63,143 nt of DNA from Clostridia bacterium (GTDB lineage: Bacteria; Bacillota; Peptococcia; DRI-13; DTU073): positions 1 through 63,143 of the forward strand of contig JAQUGH010000002.1 in NCBI GenBank assembly GCA_028684195.1. Direction: 5' to 3'. The translations under genes were made by a program, and so were the position numbers. Under the pieces are notes generated by a model. That model made no database searches. It was not told where the DNA came from and saw nothing but the letters and a program-made list of their open reading frames with translations. Position 1 is the stretch's first letter, and every line of letters starts with the position of its first letter. This document shows, one piece after another, positions 9,577 to 22,330 of the stretch.

Positions 9577-11256
9577 TTATTTCTTCTTTAATATGCTCAT
9601 AGCATGTTTTTTTAAATCTGATGAAGGATTTTCTCCCCCTAACATTCTTGCTATTTCATTCACTCTATCCTCTTTTTTTAATACAGACACTACTGTTTTA
9701 GTTCTTCCAGCTACAGTTTGTTTATCTAACAAAATATGATTATCTGCAAGTGCAGCAATAAATGGAGAATGTGTTACACATATAACCTGTTGACTTTCAC
9801 TTATTAGTTCAAGCTTTTCTGCCACCTTTTGAGCGGCTTTTCCCCCAATTCCTGAGTCAATTTCATCAAATATCAAAGTACCAATATCATCTATCTTAGC
9901 TAATATTGTTTTTAATGCCAACATTATTCTTGACAATTCACCGCCAGAAGCAATTTTAACTAAAGGTAATAATGGTTCTCCAGGATTAGGTGAAATTAAA
10001 AATTCGATTTGTTCAAGACCCTGATAGGTTGGTTCACAAGACGAAAAACTAACTAAAAATTGGGTGTGTGGCATAGCTAATTCTACTAATTCATTAACTA
10101 CCTTCATTTCTAAAATTTTAGCTAACTTTTTTCTAGCCTCTGATAAATATTGTGCTGACGTCATAAAGTCATTCAGTTGATTTTCTAAGGTTATTTCCAG
10201 TTCTTTCGTTTGTTCAGAGCTAGACATTAATTTTTCTAATTCGTCTTCTGACTGATGAGCATATTCTAATACATCTTCTATAGTTGAACCATATTTTTTA
10301 CATAAATTCTTAAGAAGCTGTAATCTTTTATCAGTTTGTTCTAATCTTTCAGGAGAATATTCAATATTATCAATATAATTTCTTATCTCAATGGCAATGT
10401 CTTCTAACAAATACAAGGAAGGTTCTAATTGATCAGCCATTTTTTCAAGAGATGAATCCATTTTTTTTATTTCATTAAGATTATCTAAGGCTTTACTTAA
10501 TAGTTCATAGGCTGAACTACCCCGATCTTCAGCAAAGAGCTGAAGATAAGCAAAATTCAAATGTTCACTTATCTTTCCTGCATTTGCAAGTAAATCAACT
10601 TCTTTTGTTAAGCTTTTAATTTCGCCTTGAGTTATATTGGCTTGTTTTATTTCTTCTAAATTATATTTAAGGAAATCCATTTTCTGTAATCGTGCTTTTT
10701 CACTTGTTTTTAATTCGTTCAATTTATTTTTAGTGTTAATATATTTATCATATTTTTCTTTTACAGTTTTCGTTAGCTTTAAATGAGATATACCACCAAA
10801 CTTATCTAAAAAATTAATATGTTTATTTGATTGAAGAAGATGCTGATGTTCGTGCTGACCATGAATATCAACGATATTTATACCTAATTGCCGATATTGT
10901 CCCAACGTTAAACTTCTTCCATTTACGCGGCAGATATTTCTACCATTTAATGAAAGTTCTCTATTCATAACTATAACATAATCCTCACAATCAACTCCAA
11001 TTTCCTCTAGAAAGCTCCATACGGTATGATTATTAGGAAGATAGAACGTTCCTTCTATAAATGCTTTCTTAGTTCCTGAACGGATGAATTCAGCTTGTGC
11101 TCTTCCTCCTAATAATACTGATAAAGCATCAATTATTATAGATTTTCCCGCACCTGTTTCACCTGTAAGTACATTGAAGTTTTCGGAAAAGTTAACACTT
11201 AAATCTTCAATTAGTGCAAAATTTTTAATAGAAATATTATCTAACATATTTAACAC
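9577..11256 (-). CDS. recN: DNA repair protein RecN
   Basis: 559 aa, Walker A GETGAGKS, long coiled coil, C-terminal SGGE signature and DEIDSGIGG. Confidence 0.95.
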   Translation of the reverse strand: MLNMLDNISIKNFALIEDLSVNFSENFNVLTGETGAGKSIIIDALSVLLGGRAQAEFIRSGTKKAFIEGTFYLPNNHTVWSFLEEIGVDCEDYVIVMNRELSLNGRNICRVNGRSLTLGQYRQLGINIVDIHGQHEHQHLLQSNKHINFLDKFGGISHLKLTKTVKEKYDKYINTKNKLNELKTSEKARLQKMDFLKYNLEEIKQANITQGEIKSLTKEVDLLANAGKISEHLNFAYLQLFAEDRGSSAYELLSKALDNLNEIKKMDSSLEKMADQLEPSLYLLEDIAIEIRNYIDNIEYSPERLEQTDKRLQLLKNLCKKYGSTIEDVLEYAHQSEDELEKLMSSSEQTKELEITLENQLNDFMTSAQYLSEARKKLAKILEMKVVNELVELAMPHTQFLVSFSSCEPTYQGLEQIEFLISPNPGEPLLPLVKIASGGELSRIMLALKTILAKIDDIGTLIFDEIDSGIGGKAAQKVAEKLELISESQQVICVTHSPFIAALADNHILLDKQTVAGRTKTVVSVLKKEDRVNEIARMLGGENPSSDLKKHAMSILKKK

Positions 11257-11709
11257 CTACTTCATTAAGCTATCTAATTTCCCGAGTATATTTTCAACTT
11301 CTTCCAGTGGTTTTATTATTAGAATAATTGTATCATCTCCAGCCAGTGTACCTATAACATGTTGCCAATTGGATCCATCTAATAAAGATGCAACTCCATG
11401 GGCATTCCCAGGATATGTCTTAATCACTACAATATTTTCACTATGATCTATTCCTATCACTAATTCCTGCATCATCATTCGTAATCGTTCTATGCTATGT
11501 AGTATAGGTTGCTCCTTGGGAAGTCCATAAAAATATTTATTATCATTTTTTGAAATCTTAATTAACTGAAGCTCCTTAATATCTCTAGATATTGTTGCCT
11601 GTGTTACATCAAAACTTGCTTTACTTAAAGCTTCTGCTAATTCTTCTTGGGTAGATATGTTGTTGTTTTTTATTATCTCAATAATTTTTTTTTGTCTAAG
11701 AGATTTCAA
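11257..11709 (-). CDS. argR: Arginine repressor ArgR/AhrC
   Basis: 150 aa, winged-helix QATISRDIKEL, C-terminal GTLAGDDT oligomerisation motif. TTG start after a G7-containing RBS. Confidence 0.9.
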   Translation of the reverse strand: MKSLRQKKIIEIIKNNNISTQEELAEALSKASFDVTQATISRDIKELQLIKISKNDNKYFYGLPKEQPILHSIERLRMMMQELVIGIDHSENIVVIKTYPGNAHGVASLLDGSNWQHVIGTLAGDDTIILIIKPLEEVENILGKLDSLMK

Positions 11710-11777
11710 GGATTCCCCCCCTTACTAAAACTAATATACATTTAATTGCAATTACCTAATAAAAGATATGTACATTA

Positions 11778-12359
11778 TTATTTTTTCTTATGTAAAAAAA
11801 ATAGATAAGGCGACTTATTATAAACTTCATTTTCTGTATTCCATTTCATAACATCCCAAATTTTATAGGACAGTGATTTTAAATAAGACTGTACACATAT
11901 AGCCTCTTCTAATCCTCCGGGATGTCCTGGATATACAATTATCGAAATTACTCCACCTAAACTTAACAAGTTAATACCTTTTTGTATCGAAAAAAGTGTG
12001 GTTTCTTTTTTAGTAATGATATTTTTGTTACCACCCGGAAGATAACCTAAATTATAAACTATTGCTTGTACGGGATTATTTACATGTTTATCCATATTTT
12101 CATGACCATCATGAATGATCTTGACCTGATTTAAGCAATTATTCTTTTTTAACAATTCACTTGTTTCTTTTAAAGCATTTTCTTGTAAATCAAAGGCATA
12201 CACCAAACCACTTGTTCCAACAATTTTAGATAAGAACAATGTATCATTACCATTTCCTGCGGTCGCATCTACTACAGTTTGACCACTAACTAAAAATTGT
12301 TCTAATAGAAAATGAGATATTTTAATTGCTCTTAAAACATCAATCATAATGACTATCAT
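11778..12359 (-). CDS. Class I SAM-dependent methyltransferase (YtqB-like putative RNA methylase)
   Basis: VVDATAGNGNDT SAM-binding motif, ~190 aa. Exact start uncertain (overlaps the nadK end). Confidence 0.6.
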   Translation of the reverse strand: MIVIMIDVLRAIKISHFLLEQFLVSGQTVVDATAGNGNDTLFLSKIVGTSGLVYAFDLQENALKETSELLKKNNCLNQVKIIHDGHENMDKHVNNPVQAIVYNLGYLPGGNKNIITKKETTLFSIQKGINLLSLGGVISIIVYPGHPGGLEEAICVQSYLKSLSYKIWDVMKWNTENEVYNKSPYLFFLHKKK

Positions 12360-13212
12360 CTTTTGTATTTAATTTTTCTCTTAGTATTGAAAAAAAATGT
12401 TTTTCTTTTATTCTTATCAATTGAACAGGATAAGGAGCTTTAGAAATAATTATTTCATCTCCTACTGCTAATTCAAACCCTCTTTGTCCATCAATAGTAA
12501 CCATTGACTCAGCTTGATTTATGACAATTACTCTTACCGTTTTGTAAGAAGGAAGTACAATAGGTCGTGCATCAAAGGTATGTGCACAAATAGGAGTAAT
12601 AATAGTAACCTCAAGTTCAGGATAAACAATAGGACCACCGGCTGATAATGAATACGCAGTAGAACCTGTTGGTGAAGCTAATATGACACCATCCGCCTTA
12701 TAAATTGTAACAAATTCATTATCAACATATATTTCTAAAGTAACGATTCTCGATAAAGGTCCTTTATTAATTACAACATCATTTAATCCTCTATAAGTTT
12801 TTACAATTTGTTTATTTCTAATAATCTTAGCTTCAATCATCATTCTATCTTCTGTCCAAAAATCTCCAGAAATAAGCTTCTCTACAGCTTTATCAATTTC
12901 ATATACTTCAATTTCAGTTAAAAAACCAAGTGTCCCCATATTTATACCCAAAATTGGCACACCATAATAAGTCACATATCTTGCTGCTCGTAAAAAGGTG
13001 CCATCCCCACCTAAGGTAATAACGCACTGTACTTTTTTCCCAAGTTCAGATGAGATGTGTTCTGAATCCATCTCCAAAACTTTTCCGTCATTTTCAGGTG
13101 CATACACAGCAATACCCATTTTTTCAAACCGTTGAAGCAATTTTTTCCCCATTAATATGGATTGCTTTTTACGATAATTAATAATTAAACCAATCGAATT
13201 GATCATAATCAT
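12340..13212 (-). CDS. nadK: NAD kinase
   Basis: GGDGTFL and the NDVVI...ASPTGSTAYSLSAGGPIV motifs. Confidence 0.9.
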   Translation of the reverse strand: MIMINSIGLIINYRKKQSILMGKKLLQRFEKMGIAVYAPENDGKVLEMDSEHISSELGKKVQCVITLGGDGTFLRAARYVTYYGVPILGINMGTLGFLTEIEVYEIDKAVEKLISGDFWTEDRMMIEAKIIRNKQIVKTYRGLNDVVINKGPLSRIVTLEIYVDNEFVTIYKADGVILASPTGSTAYSLSAGGPIVYPELEVTIITPICAHTFDARPIVLPSYKTVRVIVINQAESMVTIDGQRGFELAVGDEIIISKAPYPVQLIRIKEKHFFSILREKLNTKDDSHYD

Positions 13213-13736
13213 CCTCCAAAAATAATCTTATAAAGTATAAATCCAAAAAGCAACCCTATTATTGCAATTATACCATACATATAAAAAGTGGATAATTCTC
13301 TTTTCTCACTTATAACGGAAAGAAATATTTTTTCTATTTGTTTTTTCCTCACATCAACTAAAAGAAAGCCATAGGGTTGAAATGCTAGATAATATTCCAT
13401 AAGTTGGCTTCGTATATCAACAATTGCTAACTTAGTATCTGTATTTCCTGTTTTAACTATTGCTAGATAGGTATGACCCCTTTTCTTGACAAGAATACTT
13501 GCTTTTACTTTGTTTTGATATTCTTTTCCGTCAACCCAAGTAATAATAGTTTTGGTTTCCTGTATACTAGATATAGAATACCCTTCATCTTCTAAAAAAT
13601 TAACTACTTTTTGGTTCGCTCTTTTTACAGTATTTAACTTATGTTGAATACTGCGATTTTTAATTTTTTTATTTAGGTAAATCAATAGCACTCCAACGAT
13701 TAATATACCTAAAATAACGGTATCTATCTTTGTCAT
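13209..13736 (-). CDS. Hypothetical protein with N- and C-terminal TM helices
   Basis: 175-aa ORF in operon context, hydrophobic termini. No family recognised. Confidence 0.5.
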   Translation of the reverse strand: MTKIDTVILGILIVGVLLIYLNKKIKNRSIQHKLNTVKRANQKVVNFLEDEGYSISSIQETKTIITWVDGKEYQNKVKASILVKKRGHTYLAIVKTGNTDTKLAIVDIRSQLMEYYLAFQPYGFLLVDVRKKQIEKIFLSVISEKRELSTFYMYGIIAIIGLLFGFILYKIIFGG

Positions 13737-13855
13737 ATAGGATCCTCACTATATTAATTAATTTTAAAAATAACAAACATCACATAACTGCCCATCTGTT
13801 ATTTCTAACATTTCAGCTACACTTACAGAAACAGCAGAATTTGGTGTTCCTGCAG

Positions 13856-14659
13856 CTATATGAAATTATGAGCATTATTAACTAATTCTTTAATATCTAC
13901 GCTAAAACTATTTTCGGTTAAATTATTGCCTTTTTGTAACCATATTAAAAATTCAATATTACCTTTAGGACCTTTAATTGGGGAATAAGTTAACCCACGT
14001 AAAATGAAATTCATGCTTGTACTAAAATCAACTATTTCACTAATTACTTTGCAGTGAACAGCAGGATCTTTGATGACCCCGTTTTTACCAACAAATTCTC
14101 TGCCTGCTTCAAATTGAGGTTTTATCAGTGCTATTACATATCCATTATGATTTAATAGTTTATACAAAGGTTGAAGTATTTTTTTCAAAGAAATAAAGGC
14201 GACATCAATTGTAATTATATCTACATTTTCGGATATATTTTCATGTGTAAGAAATCTAGCATTCGTTCTTTCCAATACAACTACTCTTGAATCTTGTCGA
14301 AGTGACCAATCTAATTGTCCATAACCTACATCTACCGCATAAACCTTTGAAGCACCGTTTTTTAAAGCACAATCTGTAAATCCACCTGTAGAAGCACCAA
14401 CATCAATCATGATCTTATTATGTAAATCAATATGATATTCAACTAAGGCTTTTTCTAATTTCAATCCGCCTCTGCTTACATACGGTAACAGATCACCTCT
14501 AATTTCAAGTATATTTTCATAAGTTACACTTGTACCAGGTTTATCAATTTGTATACCATTTACATAAACCTTACCAGTCATTATTAATGCTTTACCTTTT
14601 TCACGACTGGTTATCATCCCTTTGTTTACAAGCATTTGGTCTAGTCGACATTTTTCCAT
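13856..14659 (-). CDS. tlyA: TlyA-family rRNA 2'-O-methyltransferase
   Basis: S4-like N-terminus, VGASTGGFTDC SAM motif, 267 aa. Terminates with TAG. Confidence 0.9.
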   Translation of the reverse strand: MEKCRLDQMLVNKGMITSREKGKALIMTGKVYVNGIQIDKPGTSVTYENILEIRGDLLPYVSRGGLKLEKALVEYHIDLHNKIMIDVGASTGGFTDCALKNGASKVYAVDVGYGQLDWSLRQDSRVVVLERTNARFLTHENISENVDIITIDVAFISLKKILQPLYKLLNHNGYVIALIKPQFEAGREFVGKNGVIKDPAVHCKVISEIVDFSTSMNFILRGLTYSPIKGPKGNIEFLIWLQKGNNLTENSFSVDIKELVNNAHNFI

Positions 14660-14694
14660 AAATAATTTCCCACCATTTTAATAATTTCAAATAC

Positions 14695-16646
<1,952 letters not shown>

Positions 16647-16679
16647 GTTAACACCTGCCTAGTTATACTGAATTAATTG

Positions 16680-17123
16680 TTAAAAGATAGAACCAATAAA
16701 TATACCCAAAACAGAACCAGCGAGTACTTCAATAGGAGTATGTCCTATCAATTCCTTTAATTTTTCTTGAGAAATTTGAGTGCCATGATAGATATCATTA
16801 ATTATTTGGTTCAGTACTTCAGCTTGTTTCCCACTTGCTCTACGCACTCCTGCTGCATCATACATTACTACAAATGCAAATATCAAAGTAACCGCAAAAA
16901 GAGAAGACGTCCATCCTTGCATTCTTCCAACATAAACGGATAAGGATGTAACTAGAGCGGAATGGGAACTTGGCATACCACCTGAACCAAGTAAACGAGT
17001 AATATCTATTTTTTTATTACTAAACAAATTAAATATAAATTTTAAAATTTGAGCTATAAGCCATGCTAAAAAAGCTACCCGCAGGGTATCATTTTCTATA
17101 ATACCATTATAAATGTTATTCAT
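16680..17123 (-). CDS. Divergent PAP2 (YuiD/DUF212-like) membrane protein
   Basis: 147 aa, GGMPSSHSA motif, multi-TM. Confidence 0.75.
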   Translation of the reverse strand: MNNIYNGIIENDTLRVAFLAWLIAQILKFIFNLFSNKKIDITRLLGSGGMPSSHSALVTSLSVYVGRMQGWTSSLFAVTLIFAFVVMYDAAGVRRASGKQAEVLNQIINDIYHGTQISQEKLKELIGHTPIEVLAGSVLGIFIGSIF

Positions 17124-17124
17124 A

Positions 17125-18018
17125 TTACGATTCCCTTGAGTATAAATATCGTACCATAAGCTCTAAAGGTAATACATAACCAGACAAACATTTTAAAGCC
17201 TCAATAGCTTCATTAATTGCTTGCTGTGCTAATTGCTTAGACTCATCTAATCCGTATAGTGCAGGATAAGTTGCCTTATAATTTTTTGCATCACTACCTA
17301 CAGATTTTCCTAATTTATCTTCTTCTCCTATAACATCTAAAATATCATCTGTAATTTGAAAAGCAAGACCAAATTTTTCAGCATAAATCGTCAGATTTTC
17401 CAAGTCTTTTGTTTTGGCACTTGATAGAATAGCGCCAGCCCTCAACGCTACACGAAAAAGTGCTCCTGTTTTATGGGTATGTACATAAGTTAAACATTTC
17501 TTATCGATAGCAATGTTTTTTCCTTCTGATTGAATATCTACAACTTGTCCACCAATCATGCCCATTGTTCCTATTGAATTTGCAATTTCACTCATTACTT
17601 GTAATGCAGACTGCTTATCAGAATAATTCTCACTAAATCTTGATAATATTTCAAAAGCATAAGTTAAAAGAGCATCACCTGCTAACACAGATATACCCTC
17701 TCCATATATTTTGTGGTTAGTCAATTTACCACGTCTATAATCATCATTATCCATAGCAGGAAGGTCATCGTGAATTAACGAATACGTATGAAGCATTTCT
17801 AGAGCACATGCTACCGGAAGCAATGATTCATATTTTTGTCCAACAGCCTCAGCCGCAGCCAAACAAAGTATTGGTCTTAACCTTTTTCCACCAGCAAATA
17901 AACTATACCGCATAGCTTTATGAATAACAGACGGATAAATATCTTCACTTGGCATGATTTTTTCAAGTTCAGATTCTACTAAAGAAATTCTTTCATATAA
18001 GTACGGTTTTAATTCCAT
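17125..18018 (-). CDS. ispA: Farnesyl/geranyl diphosphate synthase
   Basis: LIHDDLPAMDNDDYRRG and FQITDDILD aspartate-rich motifs. The ATG at 18018 sits one nt after the xseB TAG. Confidence 0.9.
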   Translation of the reverse strand: MELKPYLYERISLVESELEKIMPSEDIYPSVIHKAMRYSLFAGGKRLRPILCLAAAEAVGQKYESLLPVACALEMLHTYSLIHDDLPAMDNDDYRRGKLTNHKIYGEGISVLAGDALLTYAFEILSRFSENYSDKQSALQVMSEIANSIGTMGMIGGQVVDIQSEGKNIAIDKKCLTYVHTHKTGALFRVALRAGAILSSAKTKDLENLTIYAEKFGLAFQITDDILDVIGEEDKLGKSVGSDAKNYKATYPALYGLDESKQLAQQAINEAIEALKCLSGYVLPLELMVRYLYSRES

Positions 18019-18019
18019 G

Positions 18020-18244
18020 CTAATCAGCCCCATCTTCTCCATCTAAATCTACTAATTCACCTTTTTGCAGTACCTGAACTTTTTTTGCTACTCTATCTAA
18101 CTTATTTTGACAACTTTTTACTAGAATAACACCTTCCTCAAAAAAGGACAATCCTTCTTCCAAAGTTATTTCACCTTTTTCAAGACGACCAATTATTTCT
18201 TCCAGTTCTTTTATGTTACTTTCATAACTATCCCCTTGACTCAT
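18020..18244 (-). CDS. xseB: Exodeoxyribonuclease VII small subunit
   Basis: 74 aa, LEEIIGRLEKGEITLEE motif, overlaps the xseA end. Confidence 0.9.
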   Translation of the reverse strand: MSQGDSYESNIKELEEIIGRLEKGEITLEEGLSFFEEGVILVKSCQNKLDRVAKKVQVLQKGELVDLDGEDGAD

Positions 18245-19451
18245 TAGATTTATCCCCCTTTTCTAAAACTTCACATCTTAAATTTCCTGAATACAGTTGA
18301 ATATCTATTTTTTCACCAATACTTATTTTTTGTAGATCTTTCAAGATCTCTTCTTTTTCATTTTTACATATACTATAACCTCTTGCTAATGTAGCTAATG
18401 GACTAAGAGAATGTAATTTACTAGCATTCAACGAAATACTATATCTGTAATTATCAAGGGTAGTATTGATAACTTGATATAATTTCTCCTCTTTTTTACC
18501 TAAATCATCACGATATCTATCCAACCAACGATCAGGTCTTTTTAAAAATCCTGATTCTGATAAATATTTTATCCTCATTCGTTCTTTGTCAATATAGTTA
18601 TTTATTAACTGAAAAAGTCTATTCCTTTGCTTATTTAAAATCATTTTAATATCATCTTTAACAGGTACAGCAAGTTCTCCAGCCATAGAAGGCGTTGCTG
18701 CCCTAATATCTGCTACCATATCTGCAACAGTAAAATCTATTTCATGTCCAATAGCTGAAATCACTGGATAGTTTGAATCAAAAATAGCATCTGCCACTTT
18801 TTCAGAATTAAAAACATTTAAATCTTCTGAAGACCCGCCCCCTCTTGTAACCACTATTACATCAATATCCTTACGTTTATTCAACTCTCTAATTCCCTCT
18901 ACTACTGTATCCACTGCTTTCTCCCCTTGAACAAGAGTAGGATAAAGAATCACTGGCATACCTGGATAGCGACGTCTAACGACCCTACTGATATCTCTTA
19001 TTGCAGCACCTACAGGAGAACTTACCACACCAATACCTATTGGCAATAACGGTAAATCTTTTTTTCTTTCATTTGCAAAATACCCTTTTTTTTGAAGCCT
19101 CTCTTTTAATTCTGCTAAAGCAATGCTTTGCAATCCAATACCAGATGGTAGTATTTCTTCCACATACAATTGAAGAGAGGTTTCCTTAGCGTAAACAGAA
19201 ACATATCCTCTAACTAAACAATCTAAGCCATCCTTTGGTTTAAAATTCAATTTTAAAGCCCGACTTTTAAACATAACGGCTCTAACATTACTATTTTGAT
19301 CTTTTAAAGAGAAATATAAATGTCCTGAACTATGACATTTAAAATTAGCTATTTCTCCCCTTACCCACAGACTTGATAAGATTGGGTGATCATCCATAGT
19401 TTCCTGAACTATTTTACTCATTTCACTTACGGAGTAAATTTTCTTGTTCAT
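18228..19451 (-). CDS. xseA: Exodeoxyribonuclease VII large subunit
   Basis: 407 aa, OB-fold N-terminus (VRGEIANF), RGGGS motif. Confidence 0.9.
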   Translation of the reverse strand: MNKKIYSVSEMSKIVQETMDDHPILSSLWVRGEIANFKCHSSGHLYFSLKDQNSNVRAVMFKSRALKLNFKPKDGLDCLVRGYVSVYAKETSLQLYVEEILPSGIGLQSIALAELKERLQKKGYFANERKKDLPLLPIGIGVVSSPVGAAIRDISRVVRRRYPGMPVILYPTLVQGEKAVDTVVEGIRELNKRKDIDVIVVTRGGGSSEDLNVFNSEKVADAIFDSNYPVISAIGHEIDFTVADMVADIRAATPSMAGELAVPVKDDIKMILNKQRNRLFQLINNYIDKERMRIKYLSESGFLKRPDRWLDRYRDDLGKKEEKLYQVINTTLDNYRYSISLNASKLHSLSPLATLARGYSICKNEKEEILKDLQKISIGEKIDIQLYSGNLRCEVLEKGDKSNESRG

Positions 19452-20286
19452 AAACAGCCTCCAAAGTATTTTGAAGAAGCATTGTAATAGTCATTGGACC
19501 AACTCCACCTGGCACAGGTGTTATCCATCCAGCAACCTTAGCAACAGAATTATAGTCAACATCTCCAGCCAATTTTCCATTTGCTAAACGATTCATTCCC
19601 ACATCTAAAACAAGCGATCCGGGTTTAACCATATCCCCTGTAATAAAGTTCGGCTTTCTTATTGCAACAACTAAAATATCAGCACTACGAGTGATGTTAG
19701 CAAGATTTTGTGTATGGGAATGACATATAGTTACAGTTGCATTCTCCTTTAATAATAAAACCGCCATTGGCTTACCTACAATATTACTACGTCCCACCAC
19801 AACAGCGGTTTTCCCCTCAATTTTATAACCATAATGTTCTATTAATTTCAAACAACCATAAGGTGTACAAGAAATCAAATAGGGATTTCCTGAAAGAAGT
19901 TTACCCACATTTTCGGGATGAAAACCGTCCACATCCTTAAGAGGATTAATTCTTTCTATTACTTCTTTTTCATTAATATGATTTGGAATAGGAAGTTGAA
20001 CAAGAATACCATGAATATCTTTACGTTTATTTAGTTTTTCTACCACATCCAAGAGCTCATCTTGTGATGTTGAGTGAGGCATTCTAATTACTTCGGATTT
20101 AATACCCATATCTTGACAAGCCGTAGCTTTATTTTTTACATATATTTTGGAAGCAGGATCTTCTCCAACCATTACTACAGCTAGACCAGGAACAATCCCC
20201 TGTTCTTTTAAGGCATTTGTTTTATTAAAAATCTTCTCGCGTAAGACTTTAGAAACAGCCTTACCATCAATAATTTTCGCAGACAT
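19423..20286 (-). CDS. folD: Bifunctional methylenetetrahydrofolate dehydrogenase/cyclohydrolase
   Basis: 287 aa, VGRSNIVGKP and PVPGGVGPMT motifs. Confidence 0.95.
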   Translation of the reverse strand: MSAKIIDGKAVSKVLREKIFNKTNALKEQGIVPGLAVVMVGEDPASKIYVKNKATACQDMGIKSEVIRMPHSTSQDELLDVVEKLNKRKDIHGILVQLPIPNHINEKEVIERINPLKDVDGFHPENVGKLLSGNPYLISCTPYGCLKLIEHYGYKIEGKTAVVVGRSNIVGKPMAVLLLKENATVTICHSHTQNLANITRSADILVVAIRKPNFITGDMVKPGSLVLDVGMNRLANGKLAGDVDYNSVAKVAGWITPVPGGVGPMTITMLLQNTLEAVYEQENLLRK

Positions 20287-20398
20287 TTCCTTATCAAACC
20301 TCCCAGTAGATTCATTTGAAATTTATCACTATTATTAAAGCGTCATTTGAGAGAAACATAAGCTTCTAACACTCATAATACTAGTAAGATTTTTTACA

Positions 20399-20431
20399 TC
20401 ACAAAACAGGGCTGTGATTATCTCAGCCCTT
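20399..20431 (-). terminator. Candidate terminator after nusB
   Basis: AGGGCTG(20408-20414)/CAGCCCT(20424-20430), followed on the minus strand by GTTTTGT. Confidence 0.5.
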
Positions 20432-20492
20432 GCCTTCAATTAATTACAGAAATAATAAATTGTTTACCACTTAGTAATACTTCGCTTTCATT

Positions 20493-20507
20493 CATAGCTA
20501 ACACTAA
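20493..20507 (-). repeat. Degenerate fourth copy of the 26-nt intergenic motif
   Basis: CATAGCTAACACTAACTTT resembles AATAGCTAACCACCGCTAACTTT at 27326. Lies about 40 nt after the nusB stop. Confidence 0.35.
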
Positions 20508-20547
20508 CTTTCTTTACTAATTTAACATTTTCAATCACCCTATGTTT

Positions 20548-20970
20548 TCACTGCATAGTATCCTTTAAAGTAGATAAATTTCTAATCACGTTACCAAGAA
20601 TCCCATTAATAAACTTGGCAGATTCTTCTCCACCATAATTTTTAGCTATCTCAATAGCCTCATTTACGGCAACAGCACCGGGGACGTCATCAGAATATAA
20701 CATTTCGTAAATTGAAATACGTAATATATTTCTATCCACGACAGCTATTCTGTCTATCTCCCACTCAATAGCATATTTTTTTATAATATCATCAATCAAT
20801 AAAAGATTTTCTATAACACCATTAACCAAATAGCTACTAAATTCCTTAATATTGGAGGTCACCTTTCCTTCTTCACAAAGTGATGAAACTATCTCACTTA
20901 TTTCATTATTACCAACCTCATGGGCATAAAGTGCTTTCATTGCTAATTCTCGAGCTATTCGTCTTACCAA
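20548..20970 (-). CDS. nusB: Transcription antitermination factor NusB
   Basis: 140 aa, RELAMKALY start and AVNEAIEIAK motif. Confidence 0.9.
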   Translation of the reverse strand: MVRRIARELAMKALYAHEVGNNEISEIVSSLCEEGKVTSNIKEFSSYLVNGVIENLLLIDDIIKKYAIEWEIDRIAVVDRNILRISIYEMLYSDDVPGAVAVNEAIEIAKNYGGEESAKFINGILGNVIRNLSTLKDTMQ

Positions 20971-20992
20971 AAAGCAACCCCCTTTTTACAAA

Positions 20993-21220
20993 CTATTTAT
21001 TTCTTAGAATACGATTCATTACTTCCTTTAAACTTTCATTATCATCAATACGTTTACCAATAATGTACCCAATATATATACAACAAACTATAAATATTGT
21101 TTGTAAAAATCCAACAATAATCACAAGTATACCAAAAGCAAGTCCTGATAAAAAGCCAATTGTTTTGCCTCTATGATTTTGAAATAATTCTAAAAATATC
21201 TTTTCTAATCTTTCTAACAT
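20993..21220 (-). CDS. DUF2273 small integral membrane protein
   Basis: 75 aa, two TM helices, located in the asp23/amaP cluster. Confidence 0.7.
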   Translation of the reverse strand: MLERLEKIFLELFQNHRGKTIGFLSGLAFGILVIIVGFLQTIFIVCCIYIGYIIGKRIDDNESLKEVMNRILRNK

Positions 21221-21232
21221 GGTCCCAGCCTC

Positions 21233-21775
21233 CTATTCAACACGACTGACTTTTGTATCCCAACTTATTCTTGTAACTTGTATCTTTATTTCTTCTGCAC
21301 TAGTACCAGACGTATTCAAAAGATATTCTTTAATGGTTTCTTGTAATTCTTCAGTAAGCTTTGAAATATTAATATCAGGTATTACTTGAATTTTTACTAA
21401 TATAGAAATACCTCCTGCTACTGTCTTGATAATAGGTTTCACATCACGAACTCCCTGAATAGATTTACTAGCTTTAAGAATAAGTTGTTCGAGAGCTGAC
21501 AATGTTATATTAACTTTACCAAGTTTTGTTTCTTTAATTACAGCCATTTTTGCAGGTTTAGCCTTAAAACTGCTTAGGAATAGTGTAAATGTCACAATAA
21601 AGAGAAATGTTGAGGTCAAACCTAAAATCCATCTGTTATTTACATTTACAAAATAATCTTGAATAAAATCAATTGAGCCTGGCCATCCTAAGGCAATTAC
21701 TGTTAAAAGCACAGAAGCAAAAACATATCCCAATGACAGAATCCCAATAATAAATCTGTCCCCAAAATTAGTCAT
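21233..21775 (-). CDS. amaP: Alkaline shock response membrane anchor protein AmaP
   Basis: 180 aa, N-terminal TM pair, located directly downstream of asp23. Confidence 0.7.
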   Translation of the reverse strand: MTNFGDRFIIGILSLGYVFASVLLTVIALGWPGSIDFIQDYFVNVNNRWILGLTSTFLFIVTFTLFLSSFKAKPAKMAVIKETKLGKVNITLSALEQLILKASKSIQGVRDVKPIIKTVAGGISILVKIQVIPDINISKLTEELQETIKEYLLNTSGTSAEEIKIQVTRISWDTKVSRVE

Positions 21776-21802
21776 AATAATCCTCCTCGTTCTTAAAAAG
21801 CT

Positions 21803-22204
21803 TTACTTAACCTTACAGTGGTCTTGTTCTTTATCTTCACTGGAAAAAGTAACACCCTGTACATGTACATTTACTTCTACAACTAATAAGCCGGTCATTT
21901 TTTCAATTGAATTTTTTACTTCACGTTGAATTTCTTGTGCAACTTCAGGTATTCTAACACCAAACTCCATTATAACATATATATCTACTGCAGTTTCTTT
22001 TTCTCCTACTTCAACCTTAACACCTTTAGAAGGACTCTTTTTTCCTACAAATTCTGAAATGCCACCAACAATGCCTCCGCTCATTCCTGCAACTCCTTTA
22101 ACTTCCGTAGTTGCTAAGCCGGCAATTATTGCTACAACCTCATCAGCAATTTTCACAGTACCTTCCTCAGTACGAATTACATTTTCCTGTACGTTCTCTT
22201 CCAT
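21803..22204 (-). CDS. Asp23/Gls24 family envelope stress protein
   Basis: 133 aa, IAGLATTEVKGVAGM motif. Confidence 0.85.
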   Translation of the reverse strand: MEENVQENVIRTEEGTVKIADEVVAIIAGLATTEVKGVAGMSGGIVGGISEFVGKKSPSKGVKVEVGEKETAVDIYVIMEFGVRIPEVAQEIQREVKNSIEKMTGLLVVEVNVHVQGVTFSSEDKEQDHCKVK

Positions 22205-22330
22205 TTGTACACTCCTCCTCTTATATCTTATTTATTATAACAGAATACCATTTGTTTAACAAACATTGGTAAGTATTTTTTTTAAAATCTTCTTGAATTT
22301 CTATACATTAACATTACTTATACGCTGATT

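Noticed and set aside
13740-13855. Micro-ORF downstream of tlyA ending ...MLEITDGQLCDVCYF, considered as a possible small Cys-containing peptide.
   Set aside because: It is only 15 aa from its ATG, has no RBS, has no neighbouring modification or transport genes, and lies in the leader of the next gene.
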